Counted from the first letter of the stretch, positions 10,848 to 22,650 are shown. The stretch is 45,984 bases of DNA from Chromera velia (GCA_018398765.1 JAHBMJ010000520.1:1-45984); one strand, 5' to 3'. Notes: a model not told the origin generated them from the sequence alone. A program made the numbers and translations.

Positions 10848-12328
10848 AGAGAGAGTCTCAGAGAGAGAAAGAAAGAGAGAGGAGGAGGGGGAGAGAGGGA
10901 GAGAGAGAGAAAGAAAAAAAGCGTGAAAGATGGGGAAGACAGGGAGAGAGCGGAGACAAGACGGGGAGACAGAGAGAGGGAAGAGTTCATTGCAGACGGA
11001 AAAAAGGAACACAAAGCACGGGACAGTGATGAGAAGGGGGCTAGATCACATCACACTACATTGAACAGGACAGTTGACAAAAACGAGAAGTCACGTTGAG
11101 AGGAGACTCGTCAAAAGCTCACTGACCGTCTGAAAAGCCAGGCACAGCCTTTCCCTCTGCCCCCTTCGCTCTCTGAGGATTCGGTTCCCCCCTTCTTGTC
11201 TTCTTCTTGATCCCCCACTTGATTCTCTCCTCCTTCCTCCTCAACAAACACTCCGCAGTCTCCATTTGCCCCACTAATGCAACTCTGCGCCCTTTCACTG
11301 ACACAAATTGCTTTCCGGGGCCCGATGAACAGCTTCAGGGTACAGTCTGGAGGCTGGAATCGATCGGGAAGTACGTCGGCCTCAAACTCGCACACAGAGC
11401 CACGGCCCGAGTCCGTTTCTACCCCCTCAAATAGTGCGCGCACCTCGGGCAGAAAACTCCTGCCCATGGCCGTGCGCTCCCCCTTCAGATACGTCTGCAG
11501 ACGCTCAGTCACTCGAGCTTCCGTGAGCGCACGCCCTGTTAAGGTCTGCGAAAGGAATGCCTCGGCAGACGTAAACCTGCGGACAAAACGGACAGAGACG
11601 TCATCGGGTGGGATGGCAAGGCTTCCCTGGGAGAGTGTGTCTCGTCTGGCCTCAATAGAGACGCCCTCGTCATCATCCAAAATTTCCTGTGCTGCCTCTG
11701 CACCGTCCGTTACCGTATACACTTGGGGAGTGTAGAGAGCTCCTGCCATCTCGCAGGCTGACATCAGTTCATTATCTGTGTGCTCATTCTGTCCTTTGAC
11801 AGTCTCTACCACGCTCCCATCTGCCCCCTCCGATTCCCACGCCCTCTCAATGTCAAAGAATTGCACAAGAGAAAACTTTCGGGACAGGTAGACGGCTTGG
11901 AGTGCCGTCTGTATTCCGTCTTTGCGCCTCTGCTCGGCCTGCCCATCCCTAGGCCGAGCTGTCGAGAACGGAAAGCTGCCTAGGCTTCCGCTCTGCTGCT
12001 GAAGGACAGAACCGAGAGGAATCGACTCACGAAGACTCCACAAATCTCCATTACTCATCTCGAGCACTTCGGTATCGTCTTCAGTCTGCGTCTGTCCCGG
12101 GGCAGGACCCCGGAACGTGACGCCCTCCTCGTCGGTTGTTGTCGACACATTCGCAAGCAGAAACGAAGAGGGGTCCTCTCCAGCGTCACGCCGAACTATT
12201 TGGACACCTCCCGCACCCGGTGCCAAACTCGCCGCGGAGAGCTGGATGGATCTTGATGGTGGATTGAACATTGCTGGCTCAAAGTCGAGACGGATTGCGC
12301 GTAGCCTATAGTCGATGCAAAGCAACAC
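7448..12328 (-). CDS. Multi-exon hypothetical protein, possibly degenerate; largest exon about 11127-12310; 5' end not located
   Basis: There is a 405-codon open frame with protein-like composition (11111-12328). A phase-compatible GT-AG intron at 11126-10684, containing TC/AC microsatellites, joins ...WLFRR to CSDFPLVLQWCLDP.... Further protein-like minus-strand exons lie at about 9340-9675, 9074-9216, 8545-8870, 8075-8265 and 7448-7808. In-frame stops near 10449 could not be resolved. No family was recognised. Confidence 0.5.
10778..10920. repeat. (GT)n(GA)n compound microsatellite, intronic
   Basis: Seen directly in the sequence. Confidence 0.9.
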
Positions 12329-13236
12329 AAGCTACACGGTTGGAGCACCTGCTAGAATGAGGCAAAAGCAGCTACAGTAAATGGCTGAATGGGATGTGGC
12401 ATGCAGAGCTGATGACGACCAAATCACAACTTCCTTTTCATGCAGCGGTGGTTATTAATGCTGCGGAAATGTTTGGAGATGTTTGAAGACTTCGGGAAGG
12501 ATATGCACTGCATGATCCGTCGGATCGAAGCTATAGCTATAGGTGTTGCTTGAAGAATCAGATCGAACGGCCCCGCGGAAAGCGAAGCATGGGGCACTTA
12601 TTAATACACGAGAGTGGGCGCGCGCTGCGCGCCGACGTCAGGCTTTCTAGAGCGGCCATTTTTAGCACCACGGCTGCGCCGCGGTTCCTTCCAGGCCCCT
12701 CCGCGGCAGCGCCCCCCCCCGTTTGGGACATGGCCCCATATACCGTAAAAACAGTTTTTTCTGAGTGCCGCAGGCGCCAAAAAAAAATTTTTAAGGTGTT
12801 TCAATGATAAATTTGATCAATTGCTGATTAATTTGGTTCAACTTGCCTCAGAAAAGGTAAAGACCGGAACAATCACGCCGCGGTTCCCCCCCTTTCTTCA
12901 AGGTTTTACAAATGCGGCGCGCCGCGGTGCACCCTTCGGGCGCTCCGCGGCGTTTGACCGCGGCGGTATCTAGAAAGCTTGGCCGACGTTGTTGTGGTGG
13001 GTACTCCCGTTGTCGAGTCCGGCATCGAAAGAGGAACACATACAAAAGTTCTTCTCTTTCGAGGTGCGCATATCGGGATGCCATGGGATGCCTTTTTATG
13101 CACGCTCCTCTTTTGCAACACTATATATACGACATTATTACTCAGAGAGACGGGGAACCCGCCAACCATTCATTCAACAATTGTCATGCAGTGTGCAGAT
13201 TGAGTTGTACAACTCAAGTGAATTAAAGTGAACTTG

Positions 13237-13695
13237 TGTGAGAGTAAACGCATGTATCCAAGCGTGCGTCAGGTGGGCGCCGAGCGTTCTGCGAGTACGC
13301 CAGCCATCCGCGCGAGTGAAAAGTATTACGAGCAGCGTGATCGCATGTTTGAGTGTATTAACGTCTGACTCCTTGATCGAACAGTAAGACTGTACGAAGG
13401 CTCGGTCTGCTCAGTCGGTTCATGATAGCGAGCATCCTCAGATGGCAGTCTGATCAGTTTGTCTGTCACGTTTGGAGCGTCGAAGTCCCGCGCATTGGAT
13501 CGAACGCGCGGTCTTCATTTAAGTGAATTCTAAATTGCCGTCTCCTTAAATTTCTCTGTCGTTACTAAATGGATTTTCCTGTCTGGACTGAGGACTACGA
13601 CCCGGTAGGTCAGACTTCCCGTTTAGCTGTTTGAGCGTTACCCATTTTCGTTACTTGACTGTTCTAGTCTGTTCTAGGTAACGTTTCCCATCACA
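13237..13695 (+). repeat. Copia 5' LTR
   Basis: Ungapped direct repeat of 18967-19425 with about 27 substitutions; TGTGA...TCACA termini. Confidence 0.97.
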
Positions 13696-13793
13696 AATTT
13701 GCTGTTCCCAGGCGTGGACACTTCATTTTATCCCTTGATCTGCGTTGATCTATCTCCTGATTCCTCTTCTGTTTTTTCGCTGTTCCTTCCAAC

Positions 13794-14936
13794 ATGGCGA
13801 ATACATCTGGTGGCAGTGCAGGCGGTGCTCCAGGCATACAGACGATCAAGTTGCCTGATCTGCAGTGGGTCAATCCTTTCGAGTGCAAGGTCTCGTTTGC
13901 GACCGTTCTGTCGTCTAAGGATGAGAACCTCAAGGCCATCTTCCGGAAGGAGTTTCAGCTCTGGAAGGAATCGCACAAGGCGACCGCCGAGTACATGCTG
14001 GCCGCCAAACACGTTCCGGATAAGGCGGACCAGGTGTTCCTTTGGAAGCTTTCCCTCCTCCAGGGTCTGAGAAAGGACCTTGACGTCGTTCATCAGGTCT
14101 CTGTTGCTGTGGGAGAGGGGAAGGAGTGTGCCAATCTCTTGGAGGCCGTCTCTGACGTAGCCACCGAGAAGAAGGAGATCGGTGCAAAGTCCTTTCGGGA
14201 GAAGCTCCTTGCTCTCCGAAAGAATTTAGGGAAGGAGGACATTGTGTCTGCCGTCGGTCGTCTGAAGAAGTGCCTCCAAGATGGAGGCAAGGCAGGTTAT
14301 ACTGCACCCGACGACCTGAAGAGAAGGGCCCTTGAGAATATACTCACCAAGTTTGAGTACACTGATGCCTCGGAGAAGGCCGCCGAAAAGCATGACAAGA
14401 AGATCGCCGTATTGACGTACGACGAGATTCTTCCTTTCGTTGAGAGGAAGGTAGAGGCAGCAGAGTTGCTTGCAGTGAAAGTCGCCATCGAGGGGCAGGG
14501 TTCCCGTTCCTCCTCTTCCCGTCCCCATCATGAGTATAGGGCAGCTGCCTCAGGTTTGCGTGGGGGGTCTGGAAAAGGGAAAGAGGGGAAGGAGAAGAAA
14601 GGAAAGAAGAGGGAGACATCGTTTCAGTCTTCAGGAGACAGAGACGGAAATGCAGGTACCGCTGCTACTTCCAGTCAGGGCGGCTCGAGTTCGTCCTCCC
14701 GCCCTTGTCCCAACTGCGGGCACCTGAAGTACTATGATGAGGCAAAGGGTTGCCCCGCCAAGAATGTCAGGTGCTCTGTCCCCGGATGTAATCAGACGGG
14801 GCACTATGCCAAGTGCTGTCCGCTGAAGAAACAGAAGCAGCAGCAGGCAGCAGCTGCAGGGATGAGGGTGCAGAAAGGGACCATGTTCGAGCTCCGTGAG
14901 GTTCCCCAGGGGACTTTCATGGACCAGGATTTTTAA
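13794..14936 (+). CDS. gag: Copia Gag (380 aa) with two zinc-knuckle-like motifs
   Basis: Intact ORF about 100 bp after the 5' LTR. Contains CPNCGHLKYYDEAKGC and CSVPGCNQTGHYAKCC. Confidence 0.88.
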   Translation: MANTSGGSAGGAPGIQTIKLPDLQWVNPFECKVSFATVLSSKDENLKAIFRKEFQLWKESHKATAEYMLAAKHVPDKADQVFLWKLSLLQGLRKDLDVVHQVSVAVGEGKECANLLEAVSDVATEKKEIGAKSFREKLLALRKNLGKEDIVSAVGRLKKCLQDGGKAGYTAPDDLKRRALENILTKFEYTDASEKAAEKHDKKIAVLTYDEILPFVERKVEAAELLAVKVAIEGQGSRSSSSRPHHEYRAAASGLRGGSGKGKEGKEKKGKKRETSFQSSGDRDGNAGTAATSSQGGSSSSSRPCPNCGHLKYYDEAKGCPAKNVRCSVPGCNQTGHYAKCCPLKKQKQQQAAAAGMRVQKGTMFELREVPQGTFMDQDF

Positions 14937-14995
14937 ATGGCCCCTGGGCCGCCCCCCCCCAGTTCCAGTCCAGCCGCTGGGGGGAGGCAGGGGCC
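14927..14995 (+). promoter_or_regulatory. Putative -1 programmed ribosomal frameshift signal: slippery G_GAU_UUU plus a downstream bulged stem-loop
   Basis: G GAT TTT (14927-14933) directly precedes the gag TAA. GGCCCCTG (14939-14946) pairs with CAGGGGCC (14988-14995), with an inner CCCCCCAG/CTGGGGGG stem. The -1 frame is open across the site into the protease. Confidence 0.75.
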
Positions 14996-17900
14996 AGTGA
15001 GAAGGCTGGCAGTGGGCGTTTCGTGAGGGCAACCTTGCGGAATGCCGAGAAGAGGGGGTGGGAGTTTGGTGGGGAAACGGATGAAGTGAGAGTCATCACA
15101 TCTGTTGAATCCTTTGTTAGTGTGACGGGGGAAGACGATGGAGAGATGATTGCCGATTTCGGGGCCTCGAAGAGTCTCGTTCCCCCCTCGTTTGACAGGT
15201 ATGTTGTTTCGTATGTTAACCAGGCTGTCTCGTTTCGTCTCGCCTCTGATGCTGCCCCCCTCTCTGTGAGAGGGGTCAAAACATTTCACCTTCCGTTTGT
15301 TGATGAATGGGGTGGTGTGCGCATCGTTTCTGAGGAAAGGTGTAGTCATGAGTTAATCGGTTGTCCGTTGTTCGCTTGTGGGAGAAGAAAGTTATCTCTC
15401 CCAGGGGAGGAGAGTCCCTCTGAACCTGGGTGGGTCTGGTTGAAGGATGTGCATGGGGAGAGGTTTCGTTCTCCTGTTGATCAGACGGGCAATGTTCCAA
15501 TTCTCCGTCTTGCGAAGGTTGAGGAAGCGGTTGTTGCTGCCAACGTTTGTCCTTCTGTTTCTCCTTATCCCCTCTGACAGTCTGCTCTCTCTGGGCAGGC
15601 AGAGATTTCTCCTGAGAACAGATCGCACCTTTTGTTTGTCCTTCACTCCCGTCTCGGTCATGCGACTGGGCAGCGTTTGGAGGCCACATTGAAGGAGAAG
15701 GGGGTGGGGGTACAATTTTCTGTGAAAGAGTGTAAAGAGGTGAGAGACACGTATAAGGCGTGTCGTGTTATGAACTTTCGGAGGAGAAAGTTAAAAAAAA
15801 GAGGTGCAGCAGCGGGGACGCGAAAGCGTTTTCGCAAGGGGGATAAGTCTTCTGTTCATGAGGACGATGAGGAAAAGGAACCAGAGCCTGCGGGTCCGGG
15901 GGGGCAGTTCAACGCCGACATCTACCACGACCTGAAAGATATGAAGAGAAAGGGGATCGGGGAGTTTCGTTACGTATCTGTCATTGTTGATTTGCAGATG
16001 CAAAGGAAATCGTTGTGGGCGCTGCGGTCAAAAAATCACGCAGTGCGTCACCTGATCTCCTGGACTCGTCGGTGCGAGAAAGCCGGCAAGGGGAAGCCGA
16101 AGGTTGTGCACTCAGACAACGGAGGCGAGTTCATTTCTGATCTCTACCTCTCGTTTTGTTCGTCAGTTGAGAGAGGGGGGATTGCAACTCAGTTCGGTCC
16201 TCCTCTCACTCCCGAAGTGCAGGTATTTGTTGAGAAAGTGAATGACGATTTCTTTTCTCTTTTGAACAAAGTTCTCTTTCAGCGTTTTCTTCCCTTTTAT
16301 CTCTGGCCTGTCTTTATCCCTGGAATTGCCAATTCTCTGAATGAGGTTGTTCACGGCTTAACTGGCCTTTCCCCGAATTGTGCTCTTTTTGGTGTACGTT
16401 CGGGGGTGCCCCCTGTTGCCCCGGGGGATGTTGTTCGCTTGTCTGATCCCTCTCGCCGTCAGCGTTTCGTTGCTGGCGGTCCTGTCGAAAAGAGTGAGAG
16501 AGCTCTTTTCGGGGAGGTGATCAGTCCATAGTCCGTCTCTGTGTTGATTCGGAGAGGGAGACAGTGGAGGCCTCTTCGCGTTCACCCCAGCTACATTCAG
16601 ATGGAGTCGTAGTTAGGGGTGGAGCGTATTAATTTTGACAAAGATGGCAGAAGCGATGTAGTTGTAGAGAGGGAGACAGATTCCGTTGTGGGGAGAGGAT
16701 CTGTTTGGGTTGGTTGGGGAGAAGAAGACAACCGGTCAGATGCAGACAATGCAGAGACTGGGGGTGAGGCATCTGATGAGGAAGTTTCTCATCCGGTCCG
16801 TCAGCTCCCTCGTTCTTCACGAGGCGTTCGCGTGCCTCGTTTGCAGGGAGTTCTTGCCCGATGGTCAGATGGGGCCTTGTTCCCAGGGCAGATTGTGAGG
16901 GAGGGGGAAAAGCAAGTGAGGAGCATCACAACAGTACGGTTGAAGCAGAGGGATGATGGAAGTTTCTTTCCTGCCAAGCTGGAGACAGTAAAGCAGAAAG
17001 ACATTATGGAGCGGTTCGAGCTCTCCGCTGATGGACAGCTTCCCCCTGCTGTGCTTGACAGACTTGTTGAGCAGGCACCTCCTGTGCCTGATCCTGTTCC
17101 CCCTGTCCCTTCAGACAAAGTCCCGGTAGACGTTGATGTCATTGCCGACCAGGCAGCCGAGGAAGCAAATACCGCCGAGTTCCTTCGGTGGTCTGAGATG
17201 TCCAAATCTCAGAGGAGGAATCAGATCCGTGAGCGCAGAAGGAGAAGGAGAGAGATAAAGGAAGCACGGATTGCAAAAGCCCTTGACACGCACTTTAAGA
17301 TTGCGTGTGCAGTGATGAAAGGTGAGAGGGCGTGCAAGTTGCTAGCGAGAGAGAACGATGCGAAGGGGCACATTCTTGCCACCGAGGAAGAGATTACACA
17401 GGGTCTCTTCAAAGAGTCCGATCGAAAGGAACTCGCTCGTTGGTGTCCCTGTTCTGTATTTGATCTCTCTACACAGACACTGCAGATAGAGAAGGGGGTC
17501 AAGGCGATTACCCTTCGGTGGGTGAGGACTTGGAAGTTGAAGGAGGGAAAGAGGGTTGCAAAGTCTCGTCTCGTTACTACTAGCGAGAGGGTTCCAAGAC
17601 TCTCGTGATTGGTCGGTGCTTGAGACCTACTCTAGCACAGCAGACGCAAGTCTGGCTAGAGTTGCCTTCCTCTGGGCCGTCTCAAACGGTCTGCAGGCAG
17701 CCAAAATGAACGTGTCAACTGCGTTCCTGCAGGCGCCCATGAAAGACGCAGTGTGGCTGCGCTTTCCATCCGACCTCCCTGTAGAGGTCTATCCCGGCCT
17801 CCGTGCTGGTGTCTTCGTTCATATTCAGAGGGCTGTTTACGGCCTGAAAGATGCCCCAAAAGTCTATACAAGTTACTTCAAGAAGAAGGTGAGCAGCCTG

Positions 17901-18908
17901 GGGTGGACTGAGATTGCTGAGTCGATTTTGGTCAGAAAGAACAAGAAGGGTGAGATCGTTGCTTTGCTTGTTATGCATGTTGATGATCTCTTCATTTTTT
18001 CTCCTTCCGTTGACGAAGACGTGAAGCAAATCCAGGAGCTTTTTAACATAGACCAGCCAGAGAGAATGGACAATGGAGAGCTTCATTCTTATGTGGGCAT
18101 GTCCATTCGGATGCGTCCTGGTGAGATGTTGCTTGACCAGTCCACGTATATTGACGGAATGGTGAAGGGAGTGAGTGAAGAGGCAAAGAAGCCCTTGACT
18201 GAGAAAGAATCTGATTTTCTGTTGCCTGAGACTGCAGAGACTGACATGTCCTTGCAGGAACAGCAGCAGAAGAATGTGAGGTGTTTGGGGTGGGCTGTTA
18301 AGACCCAACCTTCTCTTTCCTTCTTGTTTTCCCACCTTTTCCGCTTCAATTCCCGTCCGTCTTGTGAGTCCGTTCTTGCGAGTGAGAAGGCTCTCTGGCA
18401 TGCATTCAAGACTTTCCGTCCTCTGTCTCTTCGTTCTGTTCCCTCCCTTCCAGTTCTGTTAGTGTGGAGGGATGCGTCTTATTAATTGCACAAAAAAGAA
18501 GGTAGACTGGGCGTCGAGATGCAGTTGGTTAATGAAGGAGAGCTTACCAATCTTGATGAGATCGGTGAGCACAACACTGTGTATTGGCTGAGCAGGAAGA
18601 TAGGAAGAAAGCTGGGGTCTACGATTTCTACAGAGCTTCTTACAATGAGAGACGCAGTGAAGATGTCCTGGTCGTTCATTCATTTCGTTCGAAAGTTGTG
18701 GGGTGAGATGCCTCCGGTTGTGGTGGTGACTGACTCTCAGCCGCTGATACATCAGATTAGTTCCAAACAGTGCAAAAGCGAGCCGAAAATATAGGGGGAG
18801 TTGGAGTACGTTTTAGAAAATTTAATGGAGTTGGGAGTAAAGGTTCGTTGGATCGAAACTGGGTCAATGCGTGCAGACAGACAGACCAAGTTCCTTCGTT
18901 GCAGTTAA
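14927..18908 (+). pseudogene. pol: Copia Pol (protease, integrase, reverse transcriptase, RNase H), disrupted
   Basis: PR: MIADFGAS. INT: HSRLGH, HSDNGGEF. RT: (D>N)VSTAFLQA, VYGLKDAP, MHVDDL. RH: WRDASY, TELL, TDSQP. In-frame stops at about 15575, 16529, 16610, 18483 and 18792, and a frameshifting insertion at about 17575 inside SRLV-ARGFQD. Confidence 0.93.
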
Positions 18909-18966
18909 GCGTTTCTCTCTTTTAGTCTGTCTTTCTGTTTGTGTTCAGTTCAGACAGGGGGTGATT

Positions 18967-19425
18967 TATGAGAGTAAACGCATGCATCTAAGCGTGTGTC
19001 AGGTAGGCGCCGAGCGTTTTGCGAGTGCGCCAGCCATCCGCGTGAGTGAAAAGTATTGCGAGCGGCGTGATCGCATGTTTGAGCGCATTAACGTCTGACT
19101 CCTTGATCGAACAGTAAGACTGTACGAAGGCTCGGTCTGCTCAGTCGGTTCATGATAGCGAGCATCCTCAGATGGCAGTCTGATCAGTCTGTGTGTCACG
19201 TTTAGAGCGTTGAAGTCCCATGCATTGGATCGAACGCGTGGTCTTCGTTTAAATGAATTCTAGATTGCCGTCTCCTTAAATTTCTCTGTCGTTACTGAAT
19301 GGATTTTCCTGTCTGGACTGAGGACTGCGACCCGGTAGGTCAGACTTCCCGTTTAGCTGTTTGAGCGTTACCCATTTTCGTTACCTGACTGTTCTAGTCT
19401 GTTTTAGGTAACGTTTCCCGTCACA
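18967..19425 (+). repeat. Copia 3' LTR
   Basis: Direct repeat of 13237-13695, followed by the TSD ACTTG. Confidence 0.97.
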
Positions 19426-20559
19426 ACTTGAGTTTCGAAGGAAAATGATGTTTAAAAAGCTTCAGAGTAATTGCGGATAATTGCGGGGGCCGGTTTATAT
19501 ATAGAGAAATTTTTATATGTCCCTTCCAGTTGGGCCCGAATGGTAACTATGTGCGCACAAATCACTACTTGGTTATAAGCTAGTAAGACACAGAATTTCG
19601 CCGTCTCATTATCGTCATCTCTGAAATTATGTCACATGCATGCATATCAGACTGTGGCTGAAGAGCAGTATGGTTGCTAATCCATTTGTGGGGCTCTTAC
19701 AAAAACTACTTGACGCACGCATGAATGCAATTGCATGTAGATGCATGCATGTGTTTGGTGCATGCATGGATTTACCGTCTGACCTTCTTGTGCCAGTGAA
19801 CTGTGCCGTTACCACAATTCAGCTACTACGTTCAGCAAGACAAATGACCTGAGAAACAGCAAACGGTATGGACACTGTGTCCACACCTGACTCGTGTAAG
19901 TAAACCACATTCAGTATTTGTGTTGGTACGGCACCATATCAGATGTGAACTTTAGCAAACTCATCCGTCTCCTTCAACAGCCCAATGCGTTCTCGTCAAC
20001 CGATGGGTTCTTTACCTTTGGAAAAGGAAATCTCTTCTATTTGTGCGTCTGAAGAATCCGCACGCACGTTTGTAGCTTAGAAGAACCTTCTGATCGGAGG
20101 AGACGGGACTCGTCCGCTGTGTCCTGGGTGCGGCCACCGCTTGTCATGGTTCAGGTCCGTCGTTCGTTTGTTCATTTCGAATCTGTTTAGTAATAAATAA
20201 TCCATTTCTCTGTCTACTGATTCGATTGCCGCATTTGCTTCCGTCTGAAACGTAGAGTCCGGTGTCTCCACTCTCAATTACTTCATGCATAAAGAACTGT
20301 CTCGTCCGAGAATGAAATACAGCCTCCACTATGGACAAAGGGTCGCACTCCAATTCTGCAATAATTCCAAGTATTAAAGCAGCAGCATTAATAAAAAATA
20401 CAGAATCGTTTGTGCATGATGTGTCGTTGTGGAAAAACGTGTGCCGTCTCCTTGTATATGTTCCTGTCTGTTGGTCTGTCTGTTTCTGTCTGTGTCTGGC
20501 TGTGTGCCGTCTCTGTTCATTGTGCGTCGTTGTGGAAAAAGGTGTGCCGTCTCCTTGTA

Positions 20560-21002
20560 TCTGTTCCTGTCTGTTCGTCTGTCTGTGTGTGTGTCTGTCT
20601 GTGTGTGTGCCGTCTCCATGATGTGTTCGTGGCTATTGGTTCTTTTTGTCTGGGTGTCTGTCTGTCTGGGTGTCTGTCTGTCTGTCTGTTGGTCTGTTTG
20701 TCTGTGTGTCTGTCTGTCTCCCTGCCTGTCTGTCTGTCTGGCTATCTGTCTGACTGAGTCTGTCTGTCTGTCTGTAAGCTGTCTCTCTGTCTGTCTGTCT
20801 GTCTGTCAGTCAGTCAGTCAGTCTGTCTGTCTGTCTGTCTGTCTGTCTAACTGACTGTCTGTCTGGTTGTCTGTCAGTCTGTCTGTCTGAGTCTATGTGG
20901 CTTCCCGTCTCTGTGTCTGTTTGTGTGTATGTCTGCCTCTCTGTCTGTCTGTCTGTTTGTCTGTCTATCTGTCTCGGTCTAGCTATCTGTCTGTCTGTCT
21001 GT
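20560..21002. repeat. Degenerate (GTCT)n/(GT)n microsatellite field
   Basis: Seen directly; it generates spurious VCLS-type ORFs. Confidence 0.9.
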
Positions 21003-22436
21003 TTTTCCGGCTGTCTATCTCTGTGACTCTGCATGAACTGTCTCGTCCGTGATTGAAATACGGCCTCCACTGTAAACAAAAGGTTTCTTTCAATTCCATA
21101 ATATATTTAGGTATAAAAGCAGCAGCATTAATAAAAAGAACGGTAACGTATGTGCACTGTGTGTATTTATCGAAAAAAAACGTGTGCATACTGTACGTTT
21201 GTGGAAAAACGTGTCGGTCGGTCGGTCTGATAGTCTGTCTCTGTCGGTGTCTCCAATTACGGAGTCCATTGTGGACAAAAAGTCCCCAGCTTTCGTTTAT
21301 ATTGGATTCAAAATTCTGTCTGTGCAGGAAAGCTAATATTGTTTACTCGAGATGCCAAGCCACACACTGCAGTCATCTCTGGAACGGCAAACGCTGTTTT
21401 TCAGGTCTGATGGTTTCCGTTCTGTCCAATTGATTCCTCTTTCGAGCGTTGAGTTGCTTCGCACAGACACCGCCACTCATTCGGCCAAGCGAATCCGACT
21501 TCAACAACACACGTGATTGAACCTTTTAACTGTCTTCCATGTAAAAAAAAACAGGTTTAATTAAATTGACTAAATATTTAAAATTTCACTGTATGAACTA
21601 GATTGTTTATCATTTTTATTTTACTAAATTAAGTTAAATAGGCACCGGCAACGCTATCGTACATTAGAACAATTTTATTATCATTTTAAACAATTATACT
21701 TTAGTAATTCACTTAAAATTGTATCGTAGATGACTTCTTAAACACTTCAATTTACGTGAATCTATCTAGTATAATATAGCAATTTTAGTTTGTTAATTAA
21801 ATAAAAAAAATAATAATCTAGTCAATGAAATCTTTATACACTTTGATATGGTTATTTTTGAACAATTTCACTATTATGCTAGTCAATAAACCCTTTAAAA
21901 ACCTCAATTTTGTTGGATATAAGTGGAATGATGAAGTGATATGATTTAGAAGTATAGTCGTAAAATGATTATGTAAATTAGATAGTTGGGTTTCTACACA
22001 CATTTCGTAGAAGTAGTGATTAAGTTTCAATTCAGAGTATTAAAAAACAAACTGTTTATATTACTACAACTTTATGGAACGAAATGTTTCAACCCACTCT
22101 CTCCGAAACATACCACCACCAATGGTCCACCATGCATATTGTTCACGATTGCTAGAATAAAAATGTTGACTGTTTTCTTCAACCGCAGATTCCGGCCTTC
22201 TCAATTGGAGCCACAGCGAAGCAGTCGCTCGGTAGAAACCTTCGAAGTTCAGCACCACCTTCGCAAACAAAAAAATGAAACCCGACCAACCTAACACTCT
22301 CAATTCTCACTTGCTGGAGGCGGTCCTGCCCCATGTGGTCCCTCGCTGTTTGCATCTCGGTGCTCATGTGTGATCACCGATAAAATTCGGCTCATCTGAT
22401 CTCGAGCCTCACTGCCGTTGTTGATCATGACCACAT

Positions 22437-22437
<1 letters not shown>

Positions 22438-22470
<33 letters not shown>

Positions 22471-22585
22471 GCACTCACATACACACACACACAGACACAC
22501 ACACAGACACACACACACACACTCCCACACAACACGCACACACACACCACACACACACACACACACACTCCCACACACATACACT

Positions 22586-22650
<65 letters not shown>

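Larger units (their letters stand above)
13237..19425 (+). mobile_element. Full-length, inactivated Ty1/copia LTR retrotransposon (6189 bp)
   Basis: 459-bp LTRs at 13237-13695 and 18967-19425 (TG...CA; the 3' LTR start is mutated to TA). 5-bp TSD ACTTG at 13232-13236 and 19426-19430. Purine tract agacagggggtga precedes the 3' LTR. Domain order is gag-PR-INT-RT-RH. Confidence 0.97.

Noticed and set aside
12550..13231. DNA transposon hosting the copia insertion (continuing 19431-19560)
   Set aside because: The composition looks TE-like, but I could not identify a matching TIR pair or TSD.
22064..22420. Small spliced minus-strand gene or hAT dimerisation-domain remnant
   Set aside because: A plausible GT-AG pair exists, but there is no recognisable motif and the evidence is too weak.
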